Source of the DNA: Phoronis australis
Taxonomy: Eukaryota > Animalia > Phoronida
DNA: 64,000 nucleotides
Assembly (NCBI GenBank): GCA_002633005.1
Contig: NMRA01000702.1
Coordinates: forward strand, 109,949-173,948
Direction: 5' to 3'
How positions within the stretch are numbered: position 1 is the stretch's first letter; the number at the start of each line of letters is the position of its first letter. The position numbers and the translations under genes were made by a program. The notes under the pieces are model-generated. The model was not told the origin of the DNA. It did no database searches and was given only the letters and a program-made list of their open reading frames with translations. Below, piece by piece: positions 11,701-23,685 of this stretch.

Positions 11701-14700
11701 CGTACAGTACAAACTATTTATGATAGTATTGCGAAGTAGTGCTAATTTTAGTCCTTTTGCAGCGGCTGTAAATATGTCTTTGTTTACTTACGTGCTAATT
11801 TTAAAGTTCGTGTTCAAATAAAACTCAGGGTCATGCTCACCAACGAAAATATTAAGCAACAAATAATGTTTCTGTGAATTTGTGAAAACGAAGATTAGGA
11901 GGCCAAAGTACACTATGCATATGCGCCATGTTTGGCATTTTGCTTTGAGAAAACTGCGTGCTCTGGTTCAGAACAATCTCCTGCTTATTGTGAATATGTC
12001 ACCATAGACGACCGTCGCCCTAACCTAAACGACCCTCGCCCTTTGCTAAACGACCATCGCGCTACCTAGACGACCATCGCCCTACCTAGACGACCATCGC
12101 CCTATCCTAGACGACCATCGCCCTATCCTAGACGACCATCGCCCAATCCTAGACGGCCGCCGCCCTATCCTAGACGACCATCGCAGTTCTCACAAGCCTG
12201 TCTCTTTTGAGTGAAGAACCAGATGTGGTCAATTTTACTAATGCAAGTGCTTTAAATCAACAGCTATTTTTGTCAGAGAAGATGCGAGTTCAGTCCCACT
12301 TACACTGGAAAATTCCTCACCGGACCTAGTTTTCTCCGTATCGAGGCCTAGTTTCAGAACTGACGTAAGTTTTTAACAGGAACTAGTGTGGTTCTTCACG
12401 ATTCCTGCCAAGTATAGCGGGTGTCGTGGTTCTTCACGATTCAGGCCAAGTATACAAACTACCCATATGTGAAAACATCTTCCATTTGTCATGTTCCCAC
12501 TTTAGCCTGACTTTCTCGTACATTACTCTTTATTCTCACATCATTATGATTGCATAATATAATTCCATCTTATAACCTTCAGCCTGTCTGTAAAGCACAA
12601 GTTGACGATCTTACCAGTCTTAGCCAGGCGTGACATTCAAACATTTCATTCTTGATGTCCTAAAACAGATGAAAACACTGGGATGAAAAGTGACGTATAT
12701 GAATTATTGAGACACAGGCCACATTAGAAATGTTATACGCAAGGACTTGCGAAAGATCAGCCAATGGGCTCTCTCAGAAACGATATCGTTCTTTTACGAA
12801 TTTTTTTGCGTCCAAAAGACCCCTAAATGTGTCTTTTGGAAAAAGTTGGGGTTCTTTTCGTCTATGGCCGCCTCAGCACCCCGATTAGGTTTTACGTGTG
12901 CTTAAAGATGCTATGTCTTATTTAAATAGTTAAATTTGTAGCAAGCGCCACCTCGTGAATTCCTGGAGAACTGTGCGCACAAGTATCTGAAGAAAAGAAA
13001 CAATTTGTAAATGAAATGCGATTTTAAAGAGAACACCACAACTGATACACTTAAGAACAAATGTGAGCATACAGAAAACTAGAAAGCCCTAGTAATTCTA
13101 AATTTTACGCAATCGTTATTTGATAGTGAAATGAACAAAATAGTAAAAACTGTGCCTTGTTTTATTAGGGTAGCGATGACATTTTACCATACTCATTTGC
13201 GTAAAAATAGTCTCGCAAAACGAGACTTTGGCGAGATTGTAATGGTAACTGGTTCTCGGATGGTTTCCGGCACACCGGAAGACCCGGGGTTGTTTGTACT
13301 TCATTTGCTTATTCACGATTTAATGAGACATACATGAAGCATCTTTAAGAGCAAATGTTTGATTTTGTCGGCATCTTGGCCACAGTAACAGAAGTCTGAC
13401 GATGCTTCTGTTGGTAAGAGGTCAATTTAAGTATTTAAATATCAAATCGTAAAAGAATACTAACGTCTTGTTCATATTTTTACGTGTACAAGATATGCAA
13501 GACGATACAGAAAGACTTTCCCAAATCTTTTTTCCCGTACGACACGTTAGGAAGTCTCCGTACACTGACAATCGGCATTGACGAGCAGTGACATACACGT
13601 TTAACGGAAGACTTAGTTTTATAACCATGTGCAGTGATCTATATTTTAGTTTGCTTTAAAAGGGTCCAGCAGTCTTTTAAAATAAGTCAACGGGTACTCA
13701 CGAAGGAATGCAAGCGAACAATTGACAGGCCGACTTTCACCTTGACAGGTTCATCGACAGGTGCCGGTCTGATGTCCTTGTTGTACTGTTCAAGTAAGAA
13801 TGCGTAAAGTTTTCGCTCGTTCTCAACAGTTTTGGAAACGTTAGACTGCACTGAAACACAAAATGACACAATTTATCAGTTTTATTACTGCCCTGTCCAT
13901 AGGGTCCACATGGCTTCGGCTTCACATTAAACAGACAACTGGTTGCGGGTATTAGTCGAGTTTCATTATGTTACAACTGACTAGCTCTTGTGCTCCTGCT
14001 CGCGAGATAAAGTTCCACGTTGCAACAGTTGACTACATAAATAAAAATACAATAACTCTCAAGATGATGGACCCCTTTTTCTAGGGTATTGTTTTTCCAA
14101 GTCCGTTTTAATTACTGTAGAGTCATAAATCAGAATGCAATTGAGTGACCAAGTTGCAGGTAGCAGATTTTATTTATACAGTGTCCACATCGCAAGTGCC
14201 GTCCGAGAAGGAGCCAGACCGAATGTCTTTTCTACCGTTAAAGAAAATGGATTGCGAACGCTGTCAGACGTCGAAAATGCTTTCTTATCCTCCAACCCAA
14301 AGCAGAAGGCAAATCTACATGTAGGCCTACCTTCTTAATTTGAGAATTGTGCATTCCGTGTTCGTGTTACGCCAAAAAGCACAGTTTGTTCTGCTCTGTG
14401 CCCGACTCAAGAAAGACCCCGGACCGCAGCCAAGGCCCGGTGTTTTTAAGATGCTTCCCAAAAGGCTCGTAACCAAAGATAAGCAAGGTTTTTGAAACCA
14501 CAAGATTTGCCAAGTGATCAATAAAAAACAAACCATGCATCATTTCATCCGTCTCTGGTAGATTTCCATTTAAGAACAAGTAAAAAACTAACGCACCATT
14601 GGCTTAATTTTCAAAAAACAGTGGCAAGAACCAGCTGTCCTTTTTTGACCTTCAGCTCCATTCGCTTTGCGCTTGGCCAACCGGCAATCTCACATTAAAC

Positions 14701-17700
14701 CATCAATGCGTCTAATCTACGTACTTGTTTTCTGCCTATTTTTCGTTTTCCATCTCACTTTACTTGTCACGGAACATAACCCCATGCTTCCAAATATCGA
14801 AACATCTTATCTCAGAAATGGGTGATTGGATTCGTATAAAACTTTCGTATGCTTTGTTTTATGCAGGGTTCTCCAAAAATAGGACTTTCATGGTTGAATA
14901 AACCGAAAACGAAGTAGTAATTTAGAACATTGTAACGATACCCCTGAGATTTTATCTTGGTTACTGGTGTCGTTGTTTGGCTATGGATATGCCTCCGGTT
15001 CTTTTATGCTCAACTTTATTAAAAAGACGCGGTCATGGGACCCGTGTTGTAGAAGCGTGGTATAAAGTTTTTACATTCCGAAATATATTTTTTCACCGAG
15101 TTAAACTCTACAGTTTTGTGGATAGTTGTCTAAATTAAGACTTGTCGATAAGGACTTAATGACCTAAATTCTCCAATTATATTTAAAAGCTCGTTGTCTT
15201 ACGCTCGTTGTTTACGTTCGTCGTTTAACTGACGAGCGTGATACCCCCAAGCAAAATGAAACAGCAACAGTGCGAAGCGTAAGCAAACATAACTAGGACC
15301 GGTGGTGGAGAAGGGGGCGGGATCCCTTTCCCGTTTTTTTTAAGTTAGTCGGTAGACTTTCCGAACAGAAGCCGGCCCCCCAACTTTCAGGGCGCCAGTG
15401 CACATACGGACGCGCTTTACCCAATTCCCCGAGGCAAACATATTAGGCCCCCATTATGGTACCCTAGATCGGCCACTGTACACAGCTGGAATTTACGAAC
15501 GTAAGTTTACAGGCGTACACTTTGTCAGAGCTCACGTGGCCTGCGACATAATCTCTCATTGGGCATAATGATTACGCCTTTTTAAGCCCGAATCTTACGA
15601 CAGTTTCCCTCCAGCAGCCAACGATACTCATAATTACCGAGACGTTGCGTACTGTGTGTAGCCACCTTCTCATAAAAAGTCCGGCTTTATTCGTATGCGC
15701 TGTTAACCACTTTAGGCCTTACATCTAATCAATGCCAAACCTAAGTCTAGCAAGCTAGCTGTACGAAGATTAATGTCAAAATACATTTTTGTACCTAGTC
15801 GAAACTTTATGTATCGTGCGAGCTTGTTCCACGGAAAGGTTTGGCTGGTAGGCCTATTTTGTCTGGCAATTTCCTGTGCCTGTAAACTGCGACATTTTAA
15901 TTTTACCACTATTACCGAACGACAGCCTTCAAGAAGTTTGTATTCATCGAGAAGGAAGGCGGTCGTACTGTACTATTGTGCGAGGTCTCATTTTACGCGA
16001 GTGTTTACGGAATGTATAAAGTCAATCCAGGGCACTGAAGTGGGACTGAATTTTATGTTGTGTTAACAATGCCAAACTGGGTTTTTATTTGTTTTCGTTT
16101 CAAAACAGGTCACTAGCGATGAGTAGCTGAGGCGTGTGCGGTTAACCAAGGAGAACTACCAAACCACTAACTGCCAAACGGTACTTGAGACACACTCCTT
16201 TTAGTACGAAGCTGGAATTTTCCATTCGACGCGTGGAAAATCCCCATGTACTGATGTCAACTGCAGTGCACAAAGCCCTAAAGCAATGTTATTGTTGGTA
16301 GCTACCTAAATGCGTTGTACTCGTCCATTCAATTGGTATGGGTGTGCTGTAAACGCAGAATGACAACTGTTTCGTATCCAGTGAAAGTTTTTTACATAGT
16401 AAGTCAACAATATCTGGGCTAGTTAATTACCCGAAATAGACAAATCTTAATACAAAAACTTTCCAAAATATTGCGTTTGTTGTGATAAAGATTTTCCAAA
16501 TGTATGACACAGCAACAACGGACGTACTCTTTGCACTCCAACCCCAATTTANATTACGCCTTTTTAAGCCCTAATCTTACGACACTTTCCCTCCAGCAGC
16601 CAACGATACTCATAATTACCGAGGCGTTGCGTACTGTGTGTAGCCACCTTCTCATAAAAAGTCCGGCTTTATTCGTACGCGGTGTTAACCACTTTAGGCC
16701 TTTCATCTAATCAATGTCAAACCTAAGTCTAGCAAGCTAGCTGTACGAAGATTAATGTCAAAATACATTTTTGTTCCTAGTCGAAACTTTATGTATCGTG
16801 CGAGCTTGTTCCATGGAAAGGTTTGGCTGGTAGGCCTATTTTGTCTGGCAATTTCCTGTGCCTGTAAACTGCGACATTTTAATTTTACCACTATTACCGA
16901 ACGACAGCCTTTAAGAAGTTTGTATTCATCGAGAAGGAAGGCGGTCGTACTGTACTATTGTGCGAGGTCTCATTTTACGCGAGTGTTTACGGAATGTATA
17001 AAGTCAATCCAGGGCACTGAAGTGGGACTGAAGCTTATGTTGTGTTAACAATGCCAAACTGGGTTTTTACTTGTTTTCGTTTCAAAACAGGTCACTATCG
17101 ATGAGTAGCTGAGGCGTGTGCGGTTAACCAAGGAGAACTACCAAACCACTAACTGCCAAACGGTACTTGAGACACACTCCTTTTAGTACGAAGCTGGAAT
17201 TTTCCATTCGACGCGTGGAAAATCCCCATGTACTGATGTCAACTGCAGTGCACAAAGCCCTAAAGCAATGTTATTGTTGGTAGCTACCTAAATGCGTTGT
17301 ACTCGTCTATTCAATTGGCATGGATGTGCTGTAAACGCAGAATGGCAACTGTTTCGTATCCAGTGAAAGTTTTTTACATAGTAAGTCAACAATATCTGGG
17401 CTAGTTAATTACCCAAAATAGACAAATCTTAATACAAAAACTTTCCAAAATATTGCGTTTGTTGTGATAAAGATTTTCCAAATGTATGACCCAGCAACAA
17501 CGGACGTACTCTTTGCACTCCAACCCCAATTTAGCATTCTCGGTTCTACTGCTGTGTTCTACTGCTGTGTTCTACTACTGAATTTTGTGCGAAAATAAAA
17601 GTCTGCTGCTCTTTGTTCGATTACATTTTGTTTTACGTTGATAAATGTCCAAACAGTTAACATTTGGTGACAAGCTATAAGTTTTTTTCTGAACTCTTGA

Positions 17701-18246
17701 GTGTTTACTCAAAAGTTCGAGTTTAACTCGAGATAGTACTAAAAAATTGAGCCGATCGAGTTAAATTGACGCACGTAAACCGTAATGTACTCGAGTAGAG
17801 AATAATGGTTATTTATCTTGAGATAGCACGAAAGTCAAAAACAATCTCGAATTCGGTTTCAAGCACCACTGTAACTTAGACCTCGGGCCTTAATATGCTT
17901 TTATTGCGATGGTATTTCCAGCGACCCATTGTCACGTGACTAGACGGAACTGGTAATCCTTGTATTTACTCACTTCAAAACTTGAACCAACTAAACAAGT
18001 TTTAAGGAAACAAATATTGACGACAATAGATGTAACTCAACATTCAACATAAACTTCGATCACCGAATAAAATGCTTTGTTTTATGTTTGTTTGAAGAGC
18101 ATAAAATGACATCGTTAAAAAACACCAGAATTGCTAATAGTAATAGTGTGTCGGTGGGTCTTACCTAGGTTGTCCCAATCACACAGCGAAAGCTTTGTCA
18201 AAGACAAAACAACACAGCAATAAAATAGCAGTCGTACACACTTCAT
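2486..18246 (-). CDS. Gene A: divergent nicotinic acetylcholine receptor alpha-like subunit (Cys-loop pLGIC), 9 coding exons, 442 aa
   Basis: join(18165-18246,13702-13850,12615-12659,10894-11003,9839-10025,6445-6775,5348-5407,3700-3818,2486-2731) = 1329 nt, all GT-AG with compatible phases and no internal stop; motifs YNKDIRP, WLRL.WKD..LRWNP, LWTPDIKLYN, C..C FGSWVY, YPCC, FLLP, W.TVLAVIDR; 45- and 110-nt exons typical of nAChR genes. Confidence 0.93.
3700..3818 (-). CDS. Gene A exon 8 (M3, MX region)
   Basis: tttcag|(A)KLCELNFVILVIGLTATSVLHTLWHSDRSRKLLPQCLRK|GTAAG; 119 nt as in gene B. Confidence 0.9.
3960..4380. repeat. Degenerate 12-bp minisatellite (GTTCTGGTTCAT/GTTCTTGTTCAT) in gene A intron 7
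   Basis: visible 6/12-nt periodicity producing low-complexity ORFs in several frames. Confidence 0.9.
5348..5407 (-). CDS. Gene A exon 7 (M2, short M2-M3 loop)
   Basis: ttccgtcag|(G)SAILVCLTLVLVKSPSHST|GTAAAT; same 60-nt size and phase as gene B exon 7. Confidence 0.88.
6445..6775 (-). CDS. Gene A exon 6 (loop F, loop C YPCC, pre-M1, M1)
   Basis: VALSHFEG...YEWFIENATAVLNIKKYPCCQQPFPDIIFYMNMHR...FNIGAVLLIPMIFLLPFETNAKLIL; ttgcag / GTGAG. Confidence 0.94.
7010..8605. repeat. Array of ~450-bp units ending in a (CGGA)-type microsatellite and GGGCGCATAAAAA (Helentron/DINE-like non-autonomous element); more degraded units continue to ~9620
   Basis: AAAATTGCCACTAG.GGGCAC recurs at ~7125, 7545, 7995, 8447; GGACGGACG tract at ~8545-8570. 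Confidence 0.7.
9839..10025 (-). CDS. Gene A exon 5 (loop E, Cys-loop, loop B)
   Basis: VDHVDNVDPDLNALVLFDGSVAYIPRMTLRSHCKINKSSDGKPYNDQVCPLRFGSWVYDGLR; tttcag / GTGAGT. Confidence 0.94.
10894..11003 (-). CDS. Gene A exon 4 (110 nt, loop A)
   Basis: AWKDVSLRWNPSEHGGVHYLTVAAHKLWTPDIKLYN; canonical 110-nt exon. Confidence 0.94.
11106..11196. repeat. Two-copy ~44-bp direct repeat
   Basis: CCGATATTAGC.TAGTGATGTGACCATTAAGCGGACAGTTGGTGCC twice. Confidence 0.8.
12006..12184. repeat. 19-21-bp tandem repeat (CCTAGACGACCATCGCCCTAT)
   Basis: about 9 adjacent copies, no spacers. Confidence 0.9.
12615..12659 (-). CDS. Gene A exon 3 (45 nt, loop 2/loop D)
   Basis: ttttag|DIKNEMFECHAWLRL|GTAAG; canonical 45-nt nAChR exon. 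Confidence 0.92.
13702..13850 (-). CDS. Gene A exon 2 (N-terminal helix, beta1)
   Basis: tttcag acceptor; QSNVSKTVENERKLYAFLLEQYNKDIRPAPVDEPVKVKVGLSIVRLHSF; GTGAGT donor. Confidence 0.93.
15571..17533. repeat. 981-bp near-identical tandem duplication joined by a single N
   Basis: 15571-16551 vs 16553-17533, scattered SNPs, N at 16552. Confidence 0.9.
18165..18246 (-). CDS. Gene A exon 1 (signal peptide)
   Basis: ACAGCCATG; MKCVRLLFYCCVVLSLTKLSLCDWDNL; donor G|GTAAG, phase 1 matches exon 2. Confidence 0.85.
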
Positions 18247-18285
18247 GGCTGTTGTGGCGTGTCTGGTGGTGACGCTCTGTGTCGG

Positions 18286-18325
18286 AGAATGACAGACTGG
18301 CTGTGACCGGTACCACTTAAATAGG
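18286..18325 (-). promoter_or_regulatory. Putative core promoter of gene A (TATA-like box plus initiator-like motif)
   Basis: minus strand TATTTAA at 18323-18317 followed 25-33 nt later by CCAGTC/TCATTC, about 45-50 nt upstream of the ATG. Confidence 0.5.
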
Positions 18326-20412
18326 GTTTCGTGACCTCATGTCGCGGTCCTGTCAACACTTACGAGTTAAAGAACAAGGAACTGACGAGCAGAGTCCGCG
18401 TGAGTGGACTGTCTGCCAAGTTCGTAGATGTCCGGAGGGTACATGTAGATTATGTATACGGGGTGTACCGCTCAATAATTAGAAAGAGCTTCGAGCTAAA
18501 TTCCCTTTGTAAGCGAGATTCATTTTTAGGTAAGAGACACTCCATAAAAATGGATGCAGTTGTTATTGTAGTAAAGGCTGCAGTTTAACATTTCTTTCAC
18601 TGACTCATCCCAAGTCTTATCCTTAACCCTAACCTAGCTATGATAACTTTCCAAACTAGAAACATTAGAATTCCATTATTTTCCATTAGTAGACAATTTC
18701 AAAATTTGTCAAACTTCAAGATAACATTAATTCTTATTTATATTCGATTCTTTTTAACAGTTGCGGATTTAGGGGGGGGGGCAAGGGGGCCNNNNNNNNN
18801 NNNNNNNNNNNNNNNNNNNNNNNNNNNNNNNNNNNNNNNNNNNNNNNNNNNNNNNNNNNNNNNNNNNNNNNNNNNNNNNNNNNNNNNNNNNNNNNNNNNN
18901 NNNNNNNNNNNNNNNNNNNNNNNNNNNNNNNNNNNNNNNNNNNNNNNNNNNNNNNNNNNNNNNNNNNNNNNNNNNNNNNNNNNNNNNNNNNNNNNNNNNN
19001 NNNNNNNNNNNNNCCCCCCCCCCCCCTAACTCAAAATCCTGGATCCGCCCCTGGTTACCAGGTCTCATTCTGAAGTGATGTAAGGCACATTCGGACTGGG
19101 ATTATTTTGTTATTACACTTTGATCACGTGTCAGCCGACGAAGGAACACGCACCAGACTTCTATGGTAGCTACGCTGCTGCCGACGCACGACGTTATATT
19201 GTAGCATTTTCGATGCATGGTAGATCAAGTTGCGGCGCTGTGTAATACAAGTTCCAGAACGACCGTGACCAAACAAGTTTTCTGAAAGATGTCCCAACGT
19301 ATTTAGTGGGACTGAGGCATGAGCTTCGAATGAGTCCTCCCCTAAAGGTAATCTTGTACTCTTGTAGTCTTGTACTCTTGTAGTTATTATTGTACAATTA
19401 TTTTTATCTCTGCAGAAATAACGTCTTTGCCCGAGAACAATCGCGATTTTACATGATAAATTAAGGATGACTTAAAACGATCTACGACCCGAAAGATGAT
19501 CCAAAAGACTTAATACTTTAGACCAGCGTAAACATATATATGTTTACGTTAAGACAGAAAATCACGCTAAGACGAAAATTCAGAAAAACAATGTTTCGTG
19601 ATCACAAGTTCGTTTTTGAGCTTCATTCTTAACTTAGGCAGAAATTAAGTCGGGTTTTGATATAGGTGAACATATGCAACAAACTACGCTTTCGCTACCT
19701 GTTGCGAATTCACAAAACTAACGAGGCCATGTGTGATAACGGTTTCAAGAATAACCTTGGTCATGAAACTCTTAATGGGAATTTATTTGCATTTTGGATA
19801 CAGTTGAAATCTCGCTTAGGTGAGAAGACCCTGGTATGGCTGGAAATATGTCATATGTGCAGGTAAGTCGCATTGCAGTGTCTCCGCTACGAATCTACGA
19901 TGCTTTGCCGGTTCTCAATTAGAAAGCAGGGCTACGATCTGAATTTAACACTGTTCAGGGACATTGGATAATAAAAAATCTAAACGAACTTTAATCTTCA
20001 AAAGTTTACAATGATTACAGTCGTGAATTTTGGTCAATGAGACCAAAAAAACCTAGGGATTTCGACGAAATTTCCAAGAGATTTTGCCAATGTCATAAAC
20101 CCGAGACGAGTGTAGGATTCTCTATTACTCACACGACTGGTTATTAACACTGAGTACGTAATTTATTTATAGTAGATGGGCGAATCACAAAGAAGTGCAG
20201 AGTAGAAATCTCCATGCCTTACATTTTATCGTCTGCAAAACACTAATACCAGCAACCAAGCCTCGGGACTAATTTTGACTAAATTTCCAAGAAGAGCTTT
20301 TAGTGCCCATGTCATAAACCTGAGAGGAGTGTAGGGTTCTCTGTTTTTGACACTTAGAAGCTAATCTTAAAAGTATTGGTGAAGTTTTAGCGAATTTAGT
20401 TGCAGCCTAAAG

Positions 20413-20564
20413 CATGCGCGCGCACAGGGGGGCTCGAACTAGCNCGCCTCAGAGAAACAAAGAGTCCGCGAAAACAAAACAAAAGTCCACAGGAATTCAG
20501 CGCGAATGTACAATTTATAGGTCTGAATGCAGTACCCCCTATATTTTAGGCTGGGTGCGCGCAT
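20413..20564. mobile_element. MITE with CATGCGCGCACCCAG-like TIRs (related copies ~4531-4757 and 35531-35781)
   Basis: CATGCGCGCGCACAGG ... GGCTGGGTGCGCGCATG; shared internal AAAAGTCC / CCCCTATATTTTAGGCT. Confidence 0.65.
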
Positions 20565-21874
20565 GTAAAGTTGTAAAAACTCAATAATCCGAAATCCGAC
20601 CCCCAAATAGCACAGTACACTTAGACTTGTTTTGCTTATCTAAAATAGCTCTCAAAGACGTTGATGAAATTCAGACAGCTACCGAAAATATACTCACAAT
20701 TCAAATGACAATAAAGGCATTGTTTTTGACTTGGCCACAACATTTGTCGTTTAAACTCACACACTAGAGATCAAAAACGCATTGCTCACGGAATCGATTG
20801 TTGGTTTCTCATTTTCATGTATCTACTAAAAATCAACTGAGTGATTGACGATTTTTGACAAGTAGAAGCTAATCTTGTAAGAAATGACAATGCTTCACTG
20901 AACTGAGTTATAGGTTGACATTGGGAAAAGTCCATCTATCATCAGATCACCAAATAGCACTAAACGATTTGCGTTTATCTTAATTAAGTCTCAAGGATAT
21001 TGATGAATGTCAGACAGCTCTACAAAGTGTTCCAAAGTGTCCTCACCATTCAAATGACAGTAAATTGTTTATTGACTTAGGAACTAGACTAGTGGTTTAA
21101 ATTCACAAACCGCAGGTGGAAAAGGAGGTTTAAGTCTTTAAATAAATCATTGTTTCATTAATCTTGAAAGGTTATTGATTTTTGCATTTCCTTGATGAAT
21201 TTTTTGTTCTTCACCCCTCCCCCCGAGGAGAATCTTCCCAGTGAACATTCGGTCCATGACTGAATCGTGCGGGTGTATCTCAGTACTACAAAACAAAGCA
21301 TTTATCCTCACAACACAAAAATGGCTCTGCATGGGGCTTCGAGATCTCGGTACAGTCTATGGATACGTATGATATTCTTTCAAGAGCACAAAGGTCCTGG
21401 CTGGAACTGAATACGCCGTGCATCTGAATTAATCAAATAAAGTTTACTATAGTCTTCGGCTGTAGTAACCATTGACTACAGAGTGTCATTGTTGAAATAT
21501 TGAAGAGTGTGCGTGGGTTATTACCAACAGGTTGTCTGCCAATGATTCCGTCCAATTTTATTTCGTATGAAACCCTAACTTCTAGGGCTTGTCTTCCACG
21601 GAGCAGCCCATTTTCTTAGCGGAAGATTTTTATGCGTAATTACACAGACCACCCTCATTCTGAGCCCATAGTTCTTTGCTTCCGAGAGTCAATTTATAAA
21701 ACCAACACAATGTGGCGTTTTCATACCAATAAAATTGGCCCGATTTTGGATGCCTGACACCTCATCGCGCCGCGGGCTTCAGACCTAACTCTCAAGCAGT
21801 TCGTTGGGTTTGTTGTGGGACACATTGTCGCACTAAAGTCCCCGAGGTGACAATATGTGTCGAGTGATGCAGTA

Positions 21875-22200
21875 TAGACCCTATTCACGCCGGCAGGAGG
21901 CGCGTTCCAAAACGAGGCTCGCTACGATAGCTCTGTTAGCTTATCAGCATAGGAGTTTGTGTTTCAGTCCGTGTTGTTCCCCGAACGGCTAGAAAAAATA
22001 CGGACACGCTTCACAATCTCTAAAGACGTTTAGATTCGGAAGCGTTGGGTCGTTGCCATACGCCGCGACGAAGCAAAATATGTCCGTGTAAAATAATTGT
22101 TTTCGAAAAGTTAGATCATATTTTGTCGCATCTCGGTCAGTTGTCAAGCATCAATAGTAACGACCGGAGAATGGGCCAACCAGGTTGTATTTTCATGACT
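21875..22200. mobile_element. Second partial copy of the 385-1707 element
   Basis: ATAGACCCTATTCACGCCGGCAGGAGGCGCGTTCCAAAACGAGGCTCGCTACGATAG, collinear with 385-700. Confidence 0.7.
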
Positions 22201-22375
22201 ACGGATTTAGGGGGGGGGCCTAAAATTGTATCAGATCCCATTTTTGAGTTCGGGTGCGAATTGCTGACTAGCACACGTGCACAACCAGGGGGTCTTGGGG
22301 GTGAGTAAACAACGCATAGGCGCTGAATGAACCCCGTTTTCCCGTTTTTTTAGTCAACAGGTCCGCAAACCCAAG

Positions 22376-23202
22376 NNNNNNNNNNNNNNNNNNNNNNNNN
22401 NNNNNNNNNNNNNNNNNNNNNNNNNNNNNNNNNNNNNNNNNNNNNNNNNNNNNNNNNNNNNNNNNNNNNNNNNNNNNNNNNNNNNNNNNNNNNNNNNNNN
22501 NNNNNNNNNNNNNNNNNNNNNNNNNNNNNNNNNNNNNNNNNNNNNNNNNNNNNNNNNNNNNNNNNNNNNNNNNNNNNNNNNNNNNNNNNNNNNNNNNNNN
22601 NNNNNNNNNNNNNNNNNNNNNNNNNNNNNNNNNNNNNNNNNNNNNNNNNNNNNNNNNNNNNNNNNNNNNNNNNNNNNNNNNNNNNNNNNNNNNNNNNNNN
22701 NNNNNNNNNNNNNNNNNNNNNNNNNNNNNNNNNNNNNNNNNNNNNNNNNNNNNNNNNNNNNNNNNNNNNNNNNNNNNNNNNNNNNNNNNNNNNNNNNNNN
22801 NNNNNNNNNNNNNNNNNNNNNNNNNNNNNNNNNNNNNNNNNNNNNNNNNNNNNNNNNNNNNNNNNNNNNNNNNNNNNNNNNNNNNNNNNNNNNNNNNNNN
22901 NNNNNNNNNNNNNNNNNNNNNNNNNNNNNNNNNNNNNNNNNNNNNNNNNNNNNNNNNNNNNNNNNNNNNNNNNNNNNNNNNNNNNNNNNNNNNNNNNNNN
23001 NNNNNNNNNNNNNNNNNNNNNNNNNNNNNNNNNNNNNNNNNNNNNNNNNNNNNNNNNNNNNNNNNNNNNNNNNNNNNNNNNNNNNNNNNNNNNNNNNNNN
23101 NNNNNNNNNNNNNNNNNNNNNNNNNNNNNNNNNNNNNNNNNNNNNNNNNNNNNNNNNNNNNNNNNNNNNNNNNNNNNNNNNNNNNNNNNNNNNNNNNNNN
23201 NN
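22376..23202. other. Assembly gap (others at 18792-19013, 24967-25527, 40650-40977)
   Basis: N runs. Confidence 1.
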
Positions 23203-23469
23203 GTTACTTCAAATTTTATATTTCGATTAGCGACACATTCAAGTTAACTATGTTGATTGTGGTCTGTATATGGAATAAAGCTGAAGCCTGGCATGCAAAT
23301 GGAATTGGTATTTTATGATAAACTTATAGTAGTGCATTACAAGCACCTATCTAGAAGATCCCTGCTTGGCCAGTTTCGTATTGCTGTCCACTGTCAAACC
23401 GCCAGTCTCAGTCAAGGATCGGTGCATGCAGTAACTGGAGATCAACGTATGCAGCCGAGTTATTATTAT

Positions 23470-23685
23470 TTAAAGCGCAACGTTGGACAAAACTGTTGCT
23501 ACAAGGAATATGACACAAAACAATCTGTCCAAAATTAGCACAAGAGTGCGCCACGTATACAGATCACTGTATAACGTCACGTTAACGCGAATGGAATCAT
23601 CGGCTGCGTGAAGTTGTGCAGAGTCATCAGTTTGAGGCTTTGCTTGTCGTAGAATACACAAGACTTTCGCGAATACGTTCACGAC
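23470..23685 (-). CDS. Gene B exon 9 (loop, M4, stop)
   Basis: ttgtag|VVNVFAKVLCIL...YTWRTLVLILDRLFCVIFLVATVLSNVAL*. Confidence 0.9.
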   Translation of the reverse strand, partial: VVNVFAKVLCILRQAKPQTDDSAQLHAADDSIRVNVTLYSDLYTWRTLVLILDRLFCVIFLVATVLSNVAL

